Virus record (IMG/VR): IMGVR_UViG_3300035698_028866
Location: 16,527-80,526 of that record
DNA length: 64,000 bases
From: a virus
Direction: 5' to 3' (one strand)
A program made the position numbers and the translations under genes. The notes under the pieces were generated by a model. It did not search any database. It was given only the letters and a program-made list of their open reading frames with translations, and was not told the DNA's origin. This document shows positions 1 through 9,724 of this stretch, piece after piece (position 1 is the first letter of the stretch; each line of letters starts with the position of its first letter).

Positions 1-343
1 TCCTTGTAGATCTTAGCAAACTTCTCAAAGGTCTTGTATCTTGTATCCAGAGCTTCCTTGACATTGTAGAAGGGATTACCGTCCCTTGGGCTATCGATAC
101 GAACAGGACCTGCATGACCCGGAAAGCCGTCTGCGTTCTTGTTAGCCCCAAAGTGTTCGTAGTCGCCCATAGCTAGGACGAAGACGGGAGTGTATCCTGC
201 ACGCTTTCGAAGGTTTGTTCGTGCCTGGGTAAGAAAAGAGGCACGCTTCTCAAACTCTCCTGTATCAGGGCCCTTGGAGGAAATCTTAAGGATCTCCGCA
301 GTAGGAAGACCGAAGTCAAAACCATCTGTGAAGCTTACTTTTA

Positions 344-1534
344 TCATGGGGACACTCCTTGGGCTTGTGCTAAGGAACTCTGTCTAAGCTTAACTTGAAT
401 CTTCATCGCTTTAGCTTGTTTCAAAAGAGCCTCAAGCCGCATAACCTTGCCTGTGAGATCAGGATAGTATTTCTGTGCAAAGTCAGGACGCATTCTGTCG
501 AGATTGGATTTGGCCTCTGTGTAGTACGTATTCAATCCTGAAAGGGTCTCGTCTAACTTCGGATCCCAACTACCCATGGTCTTATTGTTCAAAATATCAT
601 TAGCAAGACGCACCCCAGAGTCTGCTGCAGCGCTAGACCTAGAAACTGACTGCTTCTCAACTAGTGATCTCTGTCCTCGTTTACCATTCTTTCTCGTCGC
701 TTGCTCATAAGCCTGAACCATGTTAGGAGAAAGGTCAGTTCTGTTTTTCATGCGTCTAATATGATTCCAAATAGGAGAATAGAGCCCCTGATTCACTTCA
801 ATTAGGTCGTTTGATCTATAATTCCTGGCCATGTCGGCTATGACCTCCTTACGAAGAGGATCAACAGGATTGTTAAGATCATAATTATGGGCCCAAAGCT
901 CTATCTCTGGCTGCATCTCCTTGATCTTCTTATTGTACTCTCGATTTAAAACGTATCCTGCCGCAAGGGGAGCTGCAACAAGAGTACCACCCCCCAAACC
1001 TAATGAACCCGCTCCGAGTGCAAACTTCGTACCTGCCCAACGAGTAACGGCTGGAATAGCAGTCTTTAACGCAAAATAAGACGCGAGTGCTCCTCCGATC
1101 AGAGGCCCATGCTTCTTCCCAAATGTTTTTGCTCTACCCATCATTGTATCTTCTGGAAGTGTGGGATCTCTTGTGAAAAGGTCCTGGATACCACCCTGCA
1201 GCTGAGGATAGAAGTAACCACCAGCTCCGCCTGCAGCTCCCCCAATAGCCATATTTCTGATATAGTCTGCCATACCTGCGTTAGGATTCATCATAGCCAT
1301 AAGCGCCCCACCACCGGCACCCAAAGCTGCTCCAGGAAGAACATTCTTGTTCGCCATAATCTTATCGATCCAACTGCCTTCTGGATCATCAGGAGTAACT
1401 GGAGGAGTAGCTGGAGTCACAGGAGGAGTAGCTGGAGTCACAGGAGGATTTGTAACTCCCCCAGCCACCTTTACCAGGTCGCAACGCTTTATCAGAAAGC
1501 TTTGAATGTTCTCCGTTGCATCTTTTCGCATCAT
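344..1534 (-). CDS. Putative virion-associated protein with Pro/Thr linker and glycine-zipper hydrophobic hairpins
   Basis: ORF track 344..1594; better start MMRKDAT at 1534 with AAAGGA RBS. VKVA motif, TPPVTPA repeats, and a GAALGAGGG...NMAIGGAAGG segment similar to ORFs 30241 and 33247. Confidence 0.6.
   Translation of the reverse strand: MMRKDATENIQSFLIKRCDLVKVAGGVTNPPVTPATPPVTPATPPVTPDDPEGSWIDKIMANKNVLPGAALGAGGGALMAMMNPNAGMADYIRNMAIGGAAGGAGGYFYPQLQGGIQDLFTRDPTLPEDTMMGRAKTFGKKHGPLIGGALASYFALKTAIPAVTRWAGTKFALGAGSLGLGGGTLVAAPLAAGYVLNREYNKKIKEMQPEIELWAHNYDLNNPVDPLRKEVIADMARNYRSNDLIEVNQGLYSPIWNHIRRMKNRTDLSPNMVQAYEQATRKNGKRGQRSLVEKQSVSRSSAAADSGVRLANDILNNKTMGSWDPKLDETLSGLNTYYTEAKSNLDRMRPDFAQKYYPDLTGKVMRLEALLKQAKAMKIQVKLRQSSLAQAQGVSP
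1401..1448. repeat. 21-bp coding tandem repeat (TPPVTPA)
   Basis: ggaggagtagctggagtcaca x2 plus a partial copy. Confidence 0.9.
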
Positions 1535-1556
1535 AAGTCCTTTCGCAAACCTAAAC

Positions 1557-3002
1557 TTATCGATCTTTGCTTTCCTGCAGACGCCTGGCCTCATCTATCA
1601 GGGAGAGGGCCTGTGAGGGCTCCAAACGATACTGAGCAGCCATCATCTGTTGAAGAAGTCCAGAAAGAAGGGCCTTATGCTCAATAACATTAGGATAGAG
1701 CCTGGAAATCTCATTAAACGCATCCACTACATCTTCCGGGGGGTAATCTCTGAGAATTTCATCATGAGATAGAATGGTGTTAAGAACAGCCTGTGTCTTT
1801 ATCTTCATGATCTCATTCTCATGTTGCGGAGTGAACACGTCTGATCCAGATATACGTTCATTGTGCTCCTCCCTGTCGTCCATAGTGATATCGTGAAGAG
1901 CACCAGTAATAGCTTTTGCTTTTCTAAAGAAAGTAAGGGGCAGATTTTCAATACCTAATGGCTCCATGCTCTTTGAGGGTACTTCCTTTTTCGGTTTCTG
2001 CTCTTTCGGTCCAATTCGCTTCTCCTGCCCGGAAACATCCGACACGTTAAGTGCCAGAACATCCGCTTCCGGGCTAGAGGCTTTTTTTGATTGAGGTCTC
2101 GTGTCTATGCCGTAAAGGGAAAGAAAACGCTGTGCTACCCCAGGTGAATCCGTAAGGTCTATGATCTCCTGTGCAGCAGCCATCTTTTCCTGCCCGATCC
2201 TTTTTCTAGACTTCTCCAGCGTAATGATCTTCCTGCAGGTATCCACCCCTGATGCGATAGTTGCATAGGGAGAGGTAGCCATGTCTGTTGCAAGAATACC
2301 AGAAGACACACTGCCTCTCTTCTCAGCCCCAATATCTCTAGCCAGGGCTTCCATAAAGGCTGTAGAGATACTTCCAAGCTTGGCGAGAACCCTAGTCTCT
2401 ACCTCTTCGAAGGCAGGAACAGAGGGAGCGCCAAGTTCTATAGCGGACTTGGACAGCTGGGAGAGAAGATCCCACTTCAAGACACGTTCCTCAGCCTTAC
2501 ATGCTCGCTCTTCACGGGCTAGCTTCTCCAACGTATTTCTGCACTTCGCAGTCTTCAGATGAGTGGCTCTGGGGAACTCACTCGCTTTCTTCTCACCGAA
2601 GACATCATGGAGTGTAGGAGTCTCCAAAGACGCAGACTTACGAACGAAGTCTCCGGGATCTCTTCTGTAGAAATCCTCAGCGGACACATCCAAAACACCA
2701 GCTTCCTTCTTGTAGATGCTGGCCAGAAGTTTCTCACCGTCTATTGCGTCTATGTCCACAACCTTATCGTCCAGGGCATCAGCACGCTTGATCTGCCCCA
2801 GCTGTAGAGAGGTGTTATAGCAGGATACGAGATGCTTCAGGTAGTCTGGAGAGAGATTCTCTTCTTCTGCCACCTTCACAATAATATCCTGCGCGGGTTC
2901 CTTTCCGATCACTCTAGACGCGACCTTCTTGACTGCGCGCATGAACTTTGTCCTGTTCTGAGGCGAGATCTTCTTAAGGTCTTTATCTGCGTTTTCTCTC
3001 AT
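1557..3002 (-). CDS. Hypothetical phage protein (481 aa, many KxA/KxAS motifs, probable structural module)
   Basis: Long ORF overlapping the upstream stop; KVA, KRA, KEA, KSAS, KKAS motifs. Confidence 0.75.
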   Translation of the reverse strand: MRENADKDLKKISPQNRTKFMRAVKKVASRVIGKEPAQDIIVKVAEEENLSPDYLKHLVSCYNTSLQLGQIKRADALDDKVVDIDAIDGEKLLASIYKKEAGVLDVSAEDFYRRDPGDFVRKSASLETPTLHDVFGEKKASEFPRATHLKTAKCRNTLEKLAREERACKAEERVLKWDLLSQLSKSAIELGAPSVPAFEEVETRVLAKLGSISTAFMEALARDIGAEKRGSVSSGILATDMATSPYATIASGVDTCRKIITLEKSRKRIGQEKMAAAQEIIDLTDSPGVAQRFLSLYGIDTRPQSKKASSPEADVLALNVSDVSGQEKRIGPKEQKPKKEVPSKSMEPLGIENLPLTFFRKAKAITGALHDITMDDREEHNERISGSDVFTPQHENEIMKIKTQAVLNTILSHDEILRDYPPEDVVDAFNEISRLYPNVIEHKALLSGLLQQMMAAQYRLEPSQALSLIDEARRLQESKDR

Positions 3003-3868
3003 TTTATGTCCTCTTCTGTGTCTTCGGTAAAGTCTGCATCCACGTAGTCCGGCAGGCCTTCTGGAAGCCTTCTGAATTCGTCCTTGGTTAAAAGATCTCC
3101 TTCGGCAGGCTCCATAGGTCTTATGTTCAGTTTGTCCATCATATCGTAAACGGCCTGGACTTCAGCAGACGCGGCCTCTGCTCTGTCCTTGCCCGCAACA
3201 AGCCCCATAGCTGCAACCTGTTGTGCCATAACACGCTCCAGAATACTAGGAGCAGACGATCTGGAAACTTTCTCGCTAAACGTGGCAGTGAGGCTCTTTC
3301 GGAGTTCCTTCTGCCCGATGAGATTGACAACGAGTCTAGCCGCCACTGTGTTGGACTCTGTGTTGAAGAGATAGGACTTGAGTACTTCCCATCCACCGAA
3401 GAATCCTACGAGCTTCCATATGTCCTGCTCATCTACCTCTTCCCTGTCACTGAGAACAGACGGCACTAGATTCCCTATGAAGCATCCCTCAGTATTCAGA
3501 TTTTCCCTGATGTTGAAGAAGAGTGTCTCATACATACTGATAACGTCTTCGGGAGTGTTCAGGGCTTTGCTGAGCTCTTTTGCTGTAGCTCCTGCAAAGA
3601 CACCAGCCTCAAGAACATACTTACGCTTATCAGCAAGGTCGTTTCGAAGAGCAACCGCCTTATGAACTAAGGGATATTCCCCCTCTACCAGGTTCACATC
3701 CCGCATAGCACCCTTCGTAGACTCCTGAGTATACAAATAGCTCAGGAACAGATTCACGCCTGTATTTCCCCTGGGATCTATAGTGCGTTTTCGTCTAAAG
3801 AGGTCCCGTGCCCGTCTGTAGATGTAGTCGGGAGTACTGACGGCTAAATTTTGAAGCGTAACGGGCAT
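2999..3868 (-). CDS. Hypothetical phage protein (289 aa)
   Basis: Long ORF coupled to neighbours. Confidence 0.75.
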   Translation of the reverse strand: MPVTLQNLAVSTPDYIYRRARDLFRRKRTIDPRGNTGVNLFLSYLYTQESTKGAMRDVNLVEGEYPLVHKAVALRNDLADKRKYVLEAGVFAGATAKELSKALNTPEDVISMYETLFFNIRENLNTEGCFIGNLVPSVLSDREEVDEQDIWKLVGFFGGWEVLKSYLFNTESNTVAARLVVNLIGQKELRKSLTATFSEKVSRSSAPSILERVMAQQVAAMGLVAGKDRAEAASAEVQAVYDMMDKLNIRPMEPAEGDLLTKDEFRRLPEGLPDYVDADFTEDTEEDIK

Positions 3869-3869
3869 C

Positions 3870-5888
3870 TTAGCGCCTTACAAGGGGAAGATCGTTGGTC
3901 GAGGTTATCTTCTCTCTAACCTTGAGGATAATCTTACCTACGAGATCGAACGCGCTCCTTAGCATGTCTTCGAGCTCTGAAAGGTCGTCCGCTCCGTAGT
4001 CTTCCTTCAGTTTCGGGTAATTCCAGTAGATCGTAAAGAGCATACGTCCCATAGCATCGAGTGCGCCGAGTAACTTGCCTAGCTTCTGTCCCAAAATGCG
4101 ACTCTCGTCCGTAGAGCTCAACATGGCAGAAAGACCAGCTACGTCTACTACTTCATTCTGGCCCTGGTCGATAGCCTGTTGTGCAAGCTGAACAGCCTGC
4201 TGAGCTCCTGGATCCTGAGGCATCTCCGAAGGCATTTGCATGGGCATGGGCATTCCACCGGCAGGCATTCCACCGGCGGGCATTTGCATAGGCATACCCT
4301 GCTCCATCATACCTGCACTTTTCACAAGGTAGGTGATACTCCCTCGGTCCTTTGCAGATTTCAGCATGTCAAGAGAATCAGACTCAGTCAATTGCATACC
4401 TTCTACAAGAGCCTTGAGAGCTTCAACGTGACGGCATGGAGTCTTAGTAATATCAATGGATGCAGACTTGAGCAGATACCCGGAAGATGCTGACTTTATC
4501 GTAACGAGTTTTCCCCTGCTAGTCAGAAGAGCTTCGGCGCTATACTTGTCAAGCACCGGAACCTCCCCTTCCTTAACAACCTTATACCTGAAGGTGCTAG
4601 GGATAACATAACGCTTTTCACGTGTGGAAAAATCGTAACCTCCCTTAGGACAGTAACCTACATCCCCGAGGACAACAAGCTTACCTTTAGACTCTGTGAT
4701 CGTAGCATTGGTGGAGTCATCTAGTATAAGATCTATCTGACCATCCTTCCTTCTGATAATGCTAGTCAACGTCACAGGTCCAAGACAGCTTCCGATTCTA
4801 GGGCTAACGAAAACAACAGTCTGCCCTTCTTTGAAGCCCTTGTCCTCGGGAAGGGAGGAATAGAACTCATCCCATCGTGACTGTGCAACGCTATCAGGAT
4901 CGTTTAAGGCGTAGAGTGCTTCACGAACTCGCTTGAACGCTCCGCTATCCAAATCTACTATAGTGCTTATTCTTAGGCCAGGATCTACCTCTTCCCCAGT
5001 CTTCTTGTTGGTGAGCACCAGGTATTCTTTCACATCATGATCATAGGTGATAAGCTTGAAGATCCCTGTATAACCAGGAGTCTGAAGATTAAGCTTCCCT
5101 GCTTCGAGAGCTCTTGCAACCTGAGCGCTCTTCCTGTTATCCCGTACCACGTATTTCTTCTGAACAAAACTAGCACGTTCATCATCGGAAAGGTCAGGAC
5201 TAGCAGTGATGAGAACCTCTACTTCAGCGGACTTCGTGGAACAGTTAAAGCCGCCCGAGTCCTCTTCAAGCACTATCTCCATATCGTGTCTGGGACGGAG
5301 CCTTTCCACCGCGTTGTCTATTCTGGATGCAAAATGCTCGGCCAGGCGTGTATCAGAGGCCATGACACGGAGGAGGGCAGACTTCGCGTTGTTATCTGCA
5401 GAGTCTATGAAGTCATTCCAGTCAATTTCAAAGCTCTCTGCATTCTTGACGGAGCCGTTTATAGCTTCTATGGCACTCTTGACAGTTCCACTTCCCGTGC
5501 CACCGCCGCCAAAGTCATTATCGAACACCTTCAGGTCGGGGAATGAAGTCTCGTTGTCACTTACAGTAGATACGTCCCCAAGAATAACAGGGTCCTTTGA
5601 CAGGATGTAGTTGACCCACTCCTCATCAAATGGAACAACAAGATTTCTGTCCTTAAGGAAAAGAAGCTCTTCTCCCTTGGGCTCACCGTCTACGTAAAAT
5701 AGAGGGGCCAGGAGCCAAAGGTCATCCTTAACCTTAAACACCCGCACACCTACAGTTTTCTCTTCGTCTTCGTCGTTTTCTATAATCTGAAAGCCGACAT
5801 TGTAGTCCTTGTAAAGTGCGGGAGCCGCCTCTCTCCGTACAGCGCTGTCTATCTGCGCCAGATCCTTCTCAATCTGTACATTTGGCAT
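3870..5888 (-). CDS. Hypothetical phage protein (672 aa, repeated KSA motifs, Met/Pro/Gln-rich linker; probable head/scaffold-type protein)
   Basis: Long ORF with AAGGA RBS and its own sigma70-type promoter; multiple KSA motifs. Confidence 0.7.
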   Translation of the reverse strand: MPNVQIEKDLAQIDSAVRREAAPALYKDYNVGFQIIENDEDEEKTVGVRVFKVKDDLWLLAPLFYVDGEPKGEELLFLKDRNLVVPFDEEWVNYILSKDPVILGDVSTVSDNETSFPDLKVFDNDFGGGGTGSGTVKSAIEAINGSVKNAESFEIDWNDFIDSADNNAKSALLRVMASDTRLAEHFASRIDNAVERLRPRHDMEIVLEEDSGGFNCSTKSAEVEVLITASPDLSDDERASFVQKKYVVRDNRKSAQVARALEAGKLNLQTPGYTGIFKLITYDHDVKEYLVLTNKKTGEEVDPGLRISTIVDLDSGAFKRVREALYALNDPDSVAQSRWDEFYSSLPEDKGFKEGQTVVFVSPRIGSCLGPVTLTSIIRRKDGQIDLILDDSTNATITESKGKLVVLGDVGYCPKGGYDFSTREKRYVIPSTFRYKVVKEGEVPVLDKYSAEALLTSRGKLVTIKSASSGYLLKSASIDITKTPCRHVEALKALVEGMQLTESDSLDMLKSAKDRGSITYLVKSAGMMEQGMPMQMPAGGMPAGGMPMPMQMPSEMPQDPGAQQAVQLAQQAIDQGQNEVVDVAGLSAMLSSTDESRILGQKLGKLLGALDAMGRMLFTIYWNYPKLKEDYGADDLSELEDMLRSAFDLVGKIILKVREKITSTNDLPLVRR

Positions 5889-5928
5889 TTGTCTCTGTTC
5901 CTTAAAGGACGTGCCGGTTCATAAGTAA

Positions 5929-5957
5929 ATTTTACACTGCATAAGTCCACACGTCAA
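5929..5957 (-). promoter_or_regulatory. Sigma70-type promoter TTGACG-N17-TAAAAT
   Basis: Read on the minus strand upstream of ORF 5888. Confidence 0.7.
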
Positions 5958-5963
5958 GCAAAT

Positions 5964-5986
5964 ATTGCCTAGTCCCCTATATTGGT
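5964..5986. repeat. 23-bp direct repeat, copy 1 (duplicate of the RNAP beta'-C gene 3' end)
   Basis: attgcctagtcccctatattggt, identical to 6572-6594. Confidence 0.9.
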
Positions 5987-5990
5987 AATT

Positions 5991-6572
5991 TTATGCTCCT
6001 AGAATTCTTTCTACTTCTTTAGGATAGCGTTTCTTTACGAGTTCTGTTAGCCGTTCTCTTAGCTCATCGGGTAGCATCCCCGCCAGCCCACGACCGGCAG
6101 CCTCGGAACGGGCCTGTGTTGGAAGAAGAAATCTGCGCCAAAACCCTGTTTCGTCTTCAGGAGTAAAGAAGCCTTCAAGGGCATTTCTAGGAACACCCAT
6201 GGAGGAATACTGTGGAAAAAGGCCAAGCGGAGATGTTAAGGCATAAAGCAGTGACTCTGATATGCGTTTTAGGTTGCTATGAGGGGGTTTCTTCTCTTTT
6301 GCAATCGCCGAAACTTCTTTCATAAGTTCAGAGTCCATTTTGTTGATTGCGTTGAAAAACTCCATACTCTCAAACGGGCTCTGTGGCTGCCATACGGCTT
6401 CTTCTGGCAATAGATCTTTTTGAGCCTTAGCCATCGGGACAGAGATAGGAGATGTAATTAACCGCGTAAGAATTTCTGGGGTACTCAAGATATTCTGAAT
6501 AGCACCACCGGCAGCATTCTTAACCAGCACGTCAAAATATGCGTCAATCCGTTGTTTTGCTGATTTATTCAA
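5991..6572 (-). CDS. Hypothetical protein with N-terminal KSAxxRIxxYF leader
   Basis: 193-aa ORF, TTG start, flanked by 23-bp direct repeats. Confidence 0.65.
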   Translation of the reverse strand: MNKSAKQRIDAYFDVLVKNAAGGAIQNILSTPEILTRLITSPISVPMAKAQKDLLPEEAVWQPQSPFESMEFFNAINKMDSELMKEVSAIAKEKKPPHSNLKRISESLLYALTSPLGLFPQYSSMGVPRNALEGFFTPEDETGFWRRFLLPTQARSEAAGRGLAGMLPDELRERLTELVKKRYPKEVERILGA

Positions 6573-6594
6573 TTGCCTAGTCCCCTATATTGGT
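6572..6594. repeat. 23-bp direct repeat, copy 2
   Basis: Identical to 5964-5986. Confidence 0.9.
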
Positions 6595-8910
6595 TATCTT
6601 TCCACTCAATACGATTTGCGGAATTGTTGCTGAAGCTCTTGTTGGGTCACTAAAGGTCTGACCAGAATGTAACGCGTCCATGAGAGATCCTTTAAGGTAG
6701 TATCCCCCCAGGCGCTCCAGCCAGTCAGAAGAATGCTGAAGAGCTTCTACGGCAGGACGCATTTCAGGATCAAAGGGTGGGGGGACATTGTGCACCGCGA
6801 TTTCCTTTACGTTGTGCCCCACCATCTCTTTTACCATGCTCGGTGTCAGTCTAGTTCCAATAGTGTAATGCATGATGGGTTTCTCCAGCCATGTATCCAC
6901 AGCTCGCTTCGGATCCATAAGCTTGAAACCTTCTCGAGGCTTATAGGACCTAGCTATCTGAGAATACTCCACAATGTCCCCCGGCACCCACTCCCCAAAG
7001 CGTGAATTCATCCTCACGTGGTTTATGACCCCTCTTGCCAGATATTCTATGTTCCTCTTGTTGTGTGATATCCCTGAGTCTTTGAGAGCCTTGGAGAAGA
7101 TGTCAACGAATAGCTTCCTGCCTTCCCCAATACCCCTATAACGAGCAAGCTCCGCAGGATTGGGTATACCTTCGCTCAGAACAGTTCCCCTTTCCACGTG
7201 CTGCCCCGATCTTACGTTTACGGCTAGACCTGGGGCTATATGGTATTCCTGCGTCCCTACGAGGATATTCTTGCCTCCTGCTGGTAGATCCAGTATGTCT
7301 TTTACGACACCGCCCTGAGAGGCAATGGCTGCACCCCCCGCAAAGCTCTTGGGAACGGTTATGAGCTGCTTCACAAGCTCCAGCCCTGTTACTGTTCCTC
7401 GGGATACGTGCTTGCTCGCGATAGCTGACTGAGTTAATGGTTCTGAATTACTAACTACCAAACCATTGGCCAAAAGAAAAAGATGGTCAGGATGATTTAC
7501 ATAGATGTCGTATGTTTTCTTTTTTCCTACACTCTCTGCTGAAATTCTGCAACAGCGATCAATACTATCAAAAGAGTCCGGCAGAACAGCCTGAAACCTA
7601 TCAAGATTGTTAGCTAAGCAGAAACTAACAGGACGCTTTGCAACAAGCTCTCCATATGTTTTTTCGCTCTGAGTCCTATTTGACCTTACGTCTATCGTAG
7701 AAAGTATTTTATGATCAGGTGTAGATATTACTTCCAGCAGACACTCTCTAGTAGATTTTCCTGTCCCTCTTCGGAAGATAGTTTTGATGCACTCCTTTTC
7801 TCCGCTGTAACCTGTCTTTAGCACCTCTACTGGTTTAATCTTTCCGTGTTTGCTACATCCGAGAATCCTATCACTTAAGGCTATGTCCTGTATTTTTTTC
7901 TCGCTCCCATCAGCCATCTGTATTAGAGTGTCTTCGGCCAAACAAAGGCTCTGGGTCGCGGATACTCCTGGGAAAGAACCTAAGGCAGGATACGTCCCTG
8001 TCTCTCTATAGCCTGCAGCCTGTTGAGATATCCCATCCTCTAGCATAGAAGTAGTAGGGGAGTATACGAGGATCCTTTCGTGCTTTCTTGCAATACGCTT
8101 CATGAGACGAGGGGTAAGTACTTCACCAGCCTTTGCAATGTCATCAATGTCTTCTGCAAGCACGGCCCCCTCATAATCAGGATCCTTAGGGTCTATGGGA
8201 AGACCTATTCCCTTCTCTGGTTCCAGCTGCCCTGTAACTCTAAGTCTAAGAACGGAGCGGAAGAGCTGATTAGCCAGATACCCAGCCTCGGGAGTTGCAA
8301 GCTTCAAAGCGGTGTAGCCTTTTCGTGTTCCATATCCCGTAGTCCAATACTCTTCCGGAGTCAAACCTTCCGCATACCCATGGAGAATTGGAACGGGTAG
8401 AGGTTTGTCATCATTCCCTACACCATAGATAGGTCCTGCCACGAGATCCAAAGTCTTACCAATTGAGCCTCTGCTTCCGCTCTTTACCTGGAGGAGGAAA
8501 GATGTGTCTCCCTTGTCCTTGACCAGTCTATCCTCCAGAACTCCACGCGAGAGCTCAAGAAGCTTTACTATCCTACTGCGCTTTTCCTCGGGTGAAGAGT
8601 CACTTGCCACAACGGCGTCTACCTGTTGCTTTAGCTGCTCCCGGATCTCCACCATCTGCTTGGAGAGGGAGAACGACTTAGGCGTAAGAGAGCTAACACC
8701 ACCATACTCCTTTGCGACGTGCTCTCCAAAAAGGTGAAGCCTTCGGAGAATAGCGGCATAGTCTTCAGGGTGAGCCTTAGCCACTTCGTACATGATCAGC
8801 TGAATCTTGTTCTTGTCTATACCCCCAGAGTCAACAAGGTAATGGACATCCTTAGGGAGAATGTCTTTCAGTATGAGCTTGCCTATTGTGGTGTTTACTA
8901 CATTACCCAT
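6577..8910 (-). CDS. rpoC: Phage multi-subunit RNA polymerase, beta' C-terminal part (intein-containing)
   Basis: SGSRGS, EGLTPEEY..GTRKG, bridge helix TPEAGYLANQL, ATQSL|SEPLTQ (AAQSIGEPGTQ equivalent), HNKRNIEYLAR, SDWLERL. Confidence 0.9.
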   Translation of the reverse strand: MGNVVNTTIGKLILKDILPKDVHYLVDSGGIDKNKIQLIMYEVAKAHPEDYAAILRRLHLFGEHVAKEYGGVSSLTPKSFSLSKQMVEIREQLKQQVDAVVASDSSPEEKRSRIVKLLELSRGVLEDRLVKDKGDTSFLLQVKSGSRGSIGKTLDLVAGPIYGVGNDDKPLPVPILHGYAEGLTPEEYWTTGYGTRKGYTALKLATPEAGYLANQLFRSVLRLRVTGQLEPEKGIGLPIDPKDPDYEGAVLAEDIDDIAKAGEVLTPRLMKRIARKHERILVYSPTTSMLEDGISQQAAGYRETGTYPALGSFPGVSATQSLCLAEDTLIQMADGSEKKIQDIALSDRILGCSKHGKIKPVEVLKTGYSGEKECIKTIFRRGTGKSTRECLLEVISTPDHKILSTIDVRSNRTQSEKTYGELVAKRPVSFCLANNLDRFQAVLPDSFDSIDRCCRISAESVGKKKTYDIYVNHPDHLFLLANGLVVSNSEPLTQSAIASKHVSRGTVTGLELVKQLITVPKSFAGGAAIASQGGVVKDILDLPAGGKNILVGTQEYHIAPGLAVNVRSGQHVERGTVLSEGIPNPAELARYRGIGEGRKLFVDIFSKALKDSGISHNKRNIEYLARGVINHVRMNSRFGEWVPGDIVEYSQIARSYKPREGFKLMDPKRAVDTWLEKPIMHYTIGTRLTPSMVKEMVGHNVKEIAVHNVPPPFDPEMRPAVEALQHSSDWLERLGGYYLKGSLMDALHSGQTFSDPTRASATIPQIVLSGKITNIGD
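7447..7944 (-). mobile_element. Mini-intein (166 aa, no endonuclease)
   Basis: Starts CLAEDT, block B STPDH, ends YDIYV..LANGLVVSN followed by Ser. Confidence 0.9.
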
Positions 8911-9709
8911 ATCCGAGAGCCTCTAATTGAGCCTTTAGTGCTTCGTCGTCCGGAACTTCATCATCATCACGCAACTCTACTGGTTTCAGCTTGTCGTTGA
9001 ACTCACCTATGGACACCCACGGAACAGTCAAAAGCTCTGGATTTGACCACGAAGCATGGTGACCGAAGCATGCATCTTCTCCGATCAGCTGTCCATGGTC
9101 TGCCGTAACTATGACTCTACCTTTCAGCTTCGGAAGTAGCTTCTCCGCTAAGTTGATAGAGAGACGAGCGTTACGCGTGTAGGCTAGCTTCAAAAGATTC
9201 CAGAACTCAGGCTTCCAGTTCTTATGCCGCCCTTTTTTCATTATCTGACGATTGAATTTCTTGTCTTCCTCCAGAATGAATGGTTCGTGAGGCTGAAGGA
9301 AGTGAATCACTGTGTGCAGAGGCTGACCTTCCGCTGTATGCCTGAGAACGGCGGTGGATACTCTGTCTGGCTCTATTCCAAGTGTAGGACATCCAGATCT
9401 ATGAATAGCAGTCCAGGTGTTCACAAACTTGAAGTTCTCCGCCTTCTCCCTACGAGCCTGATTATAGGGTACAGGATTAGCCGTAACATAGAGAACAGGA
9501 GGACCATCCGAGAACATATCACAGATCCCAGACATGTAGCATTGGGTCTGACCCCCCATGGAAATCATGCTCTCTATCTTGTCGGAGCGGGACCATATCT
9601 CTCGGAAAGTGTCATCTCGACAGGCATCAAGAATGATAAGGACGTTCCAGTCCTTTTTGGACAAACGTAGATATTGTTCGGAATGTTGATTTGCTGAAGC
9701 TTTTGACAT
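8903..9709 (-). CDS. Alkaline phosphatase/sulfatase superfamily protein
   Basis: ILDACRDD, HFLQPHEPF, VTADHGQLIGE, LTVPW, and C-terminal LEALGY tail. Confidence 0.8.
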   Translation of the reverse strand: MSKASANQHSEQYLRLSKKDWNVLIILDACRDDTFREIWSRSDKIESMISMGGQTQCYMSGICDMFSDGPPVLYVTANPVPYNQARREKAENFKFVNTWTAIHRSGCPTLGIEPDRVSTAVLRHTAEGQPLHTVIHFLQPHEPFILEEDKKFNRQIMKKGRHKNWKPEFWNLLKLAYTRNARLSINLAEKLLPKLKGRVIVTADHGQLIGEDACFGHHASWSNPELLTVPWVSIGEFNDKLKPVELRDDDEVPDDEALKAQLEALGYG

Positions 9710-9724
9710 ACGTATATTATATGT

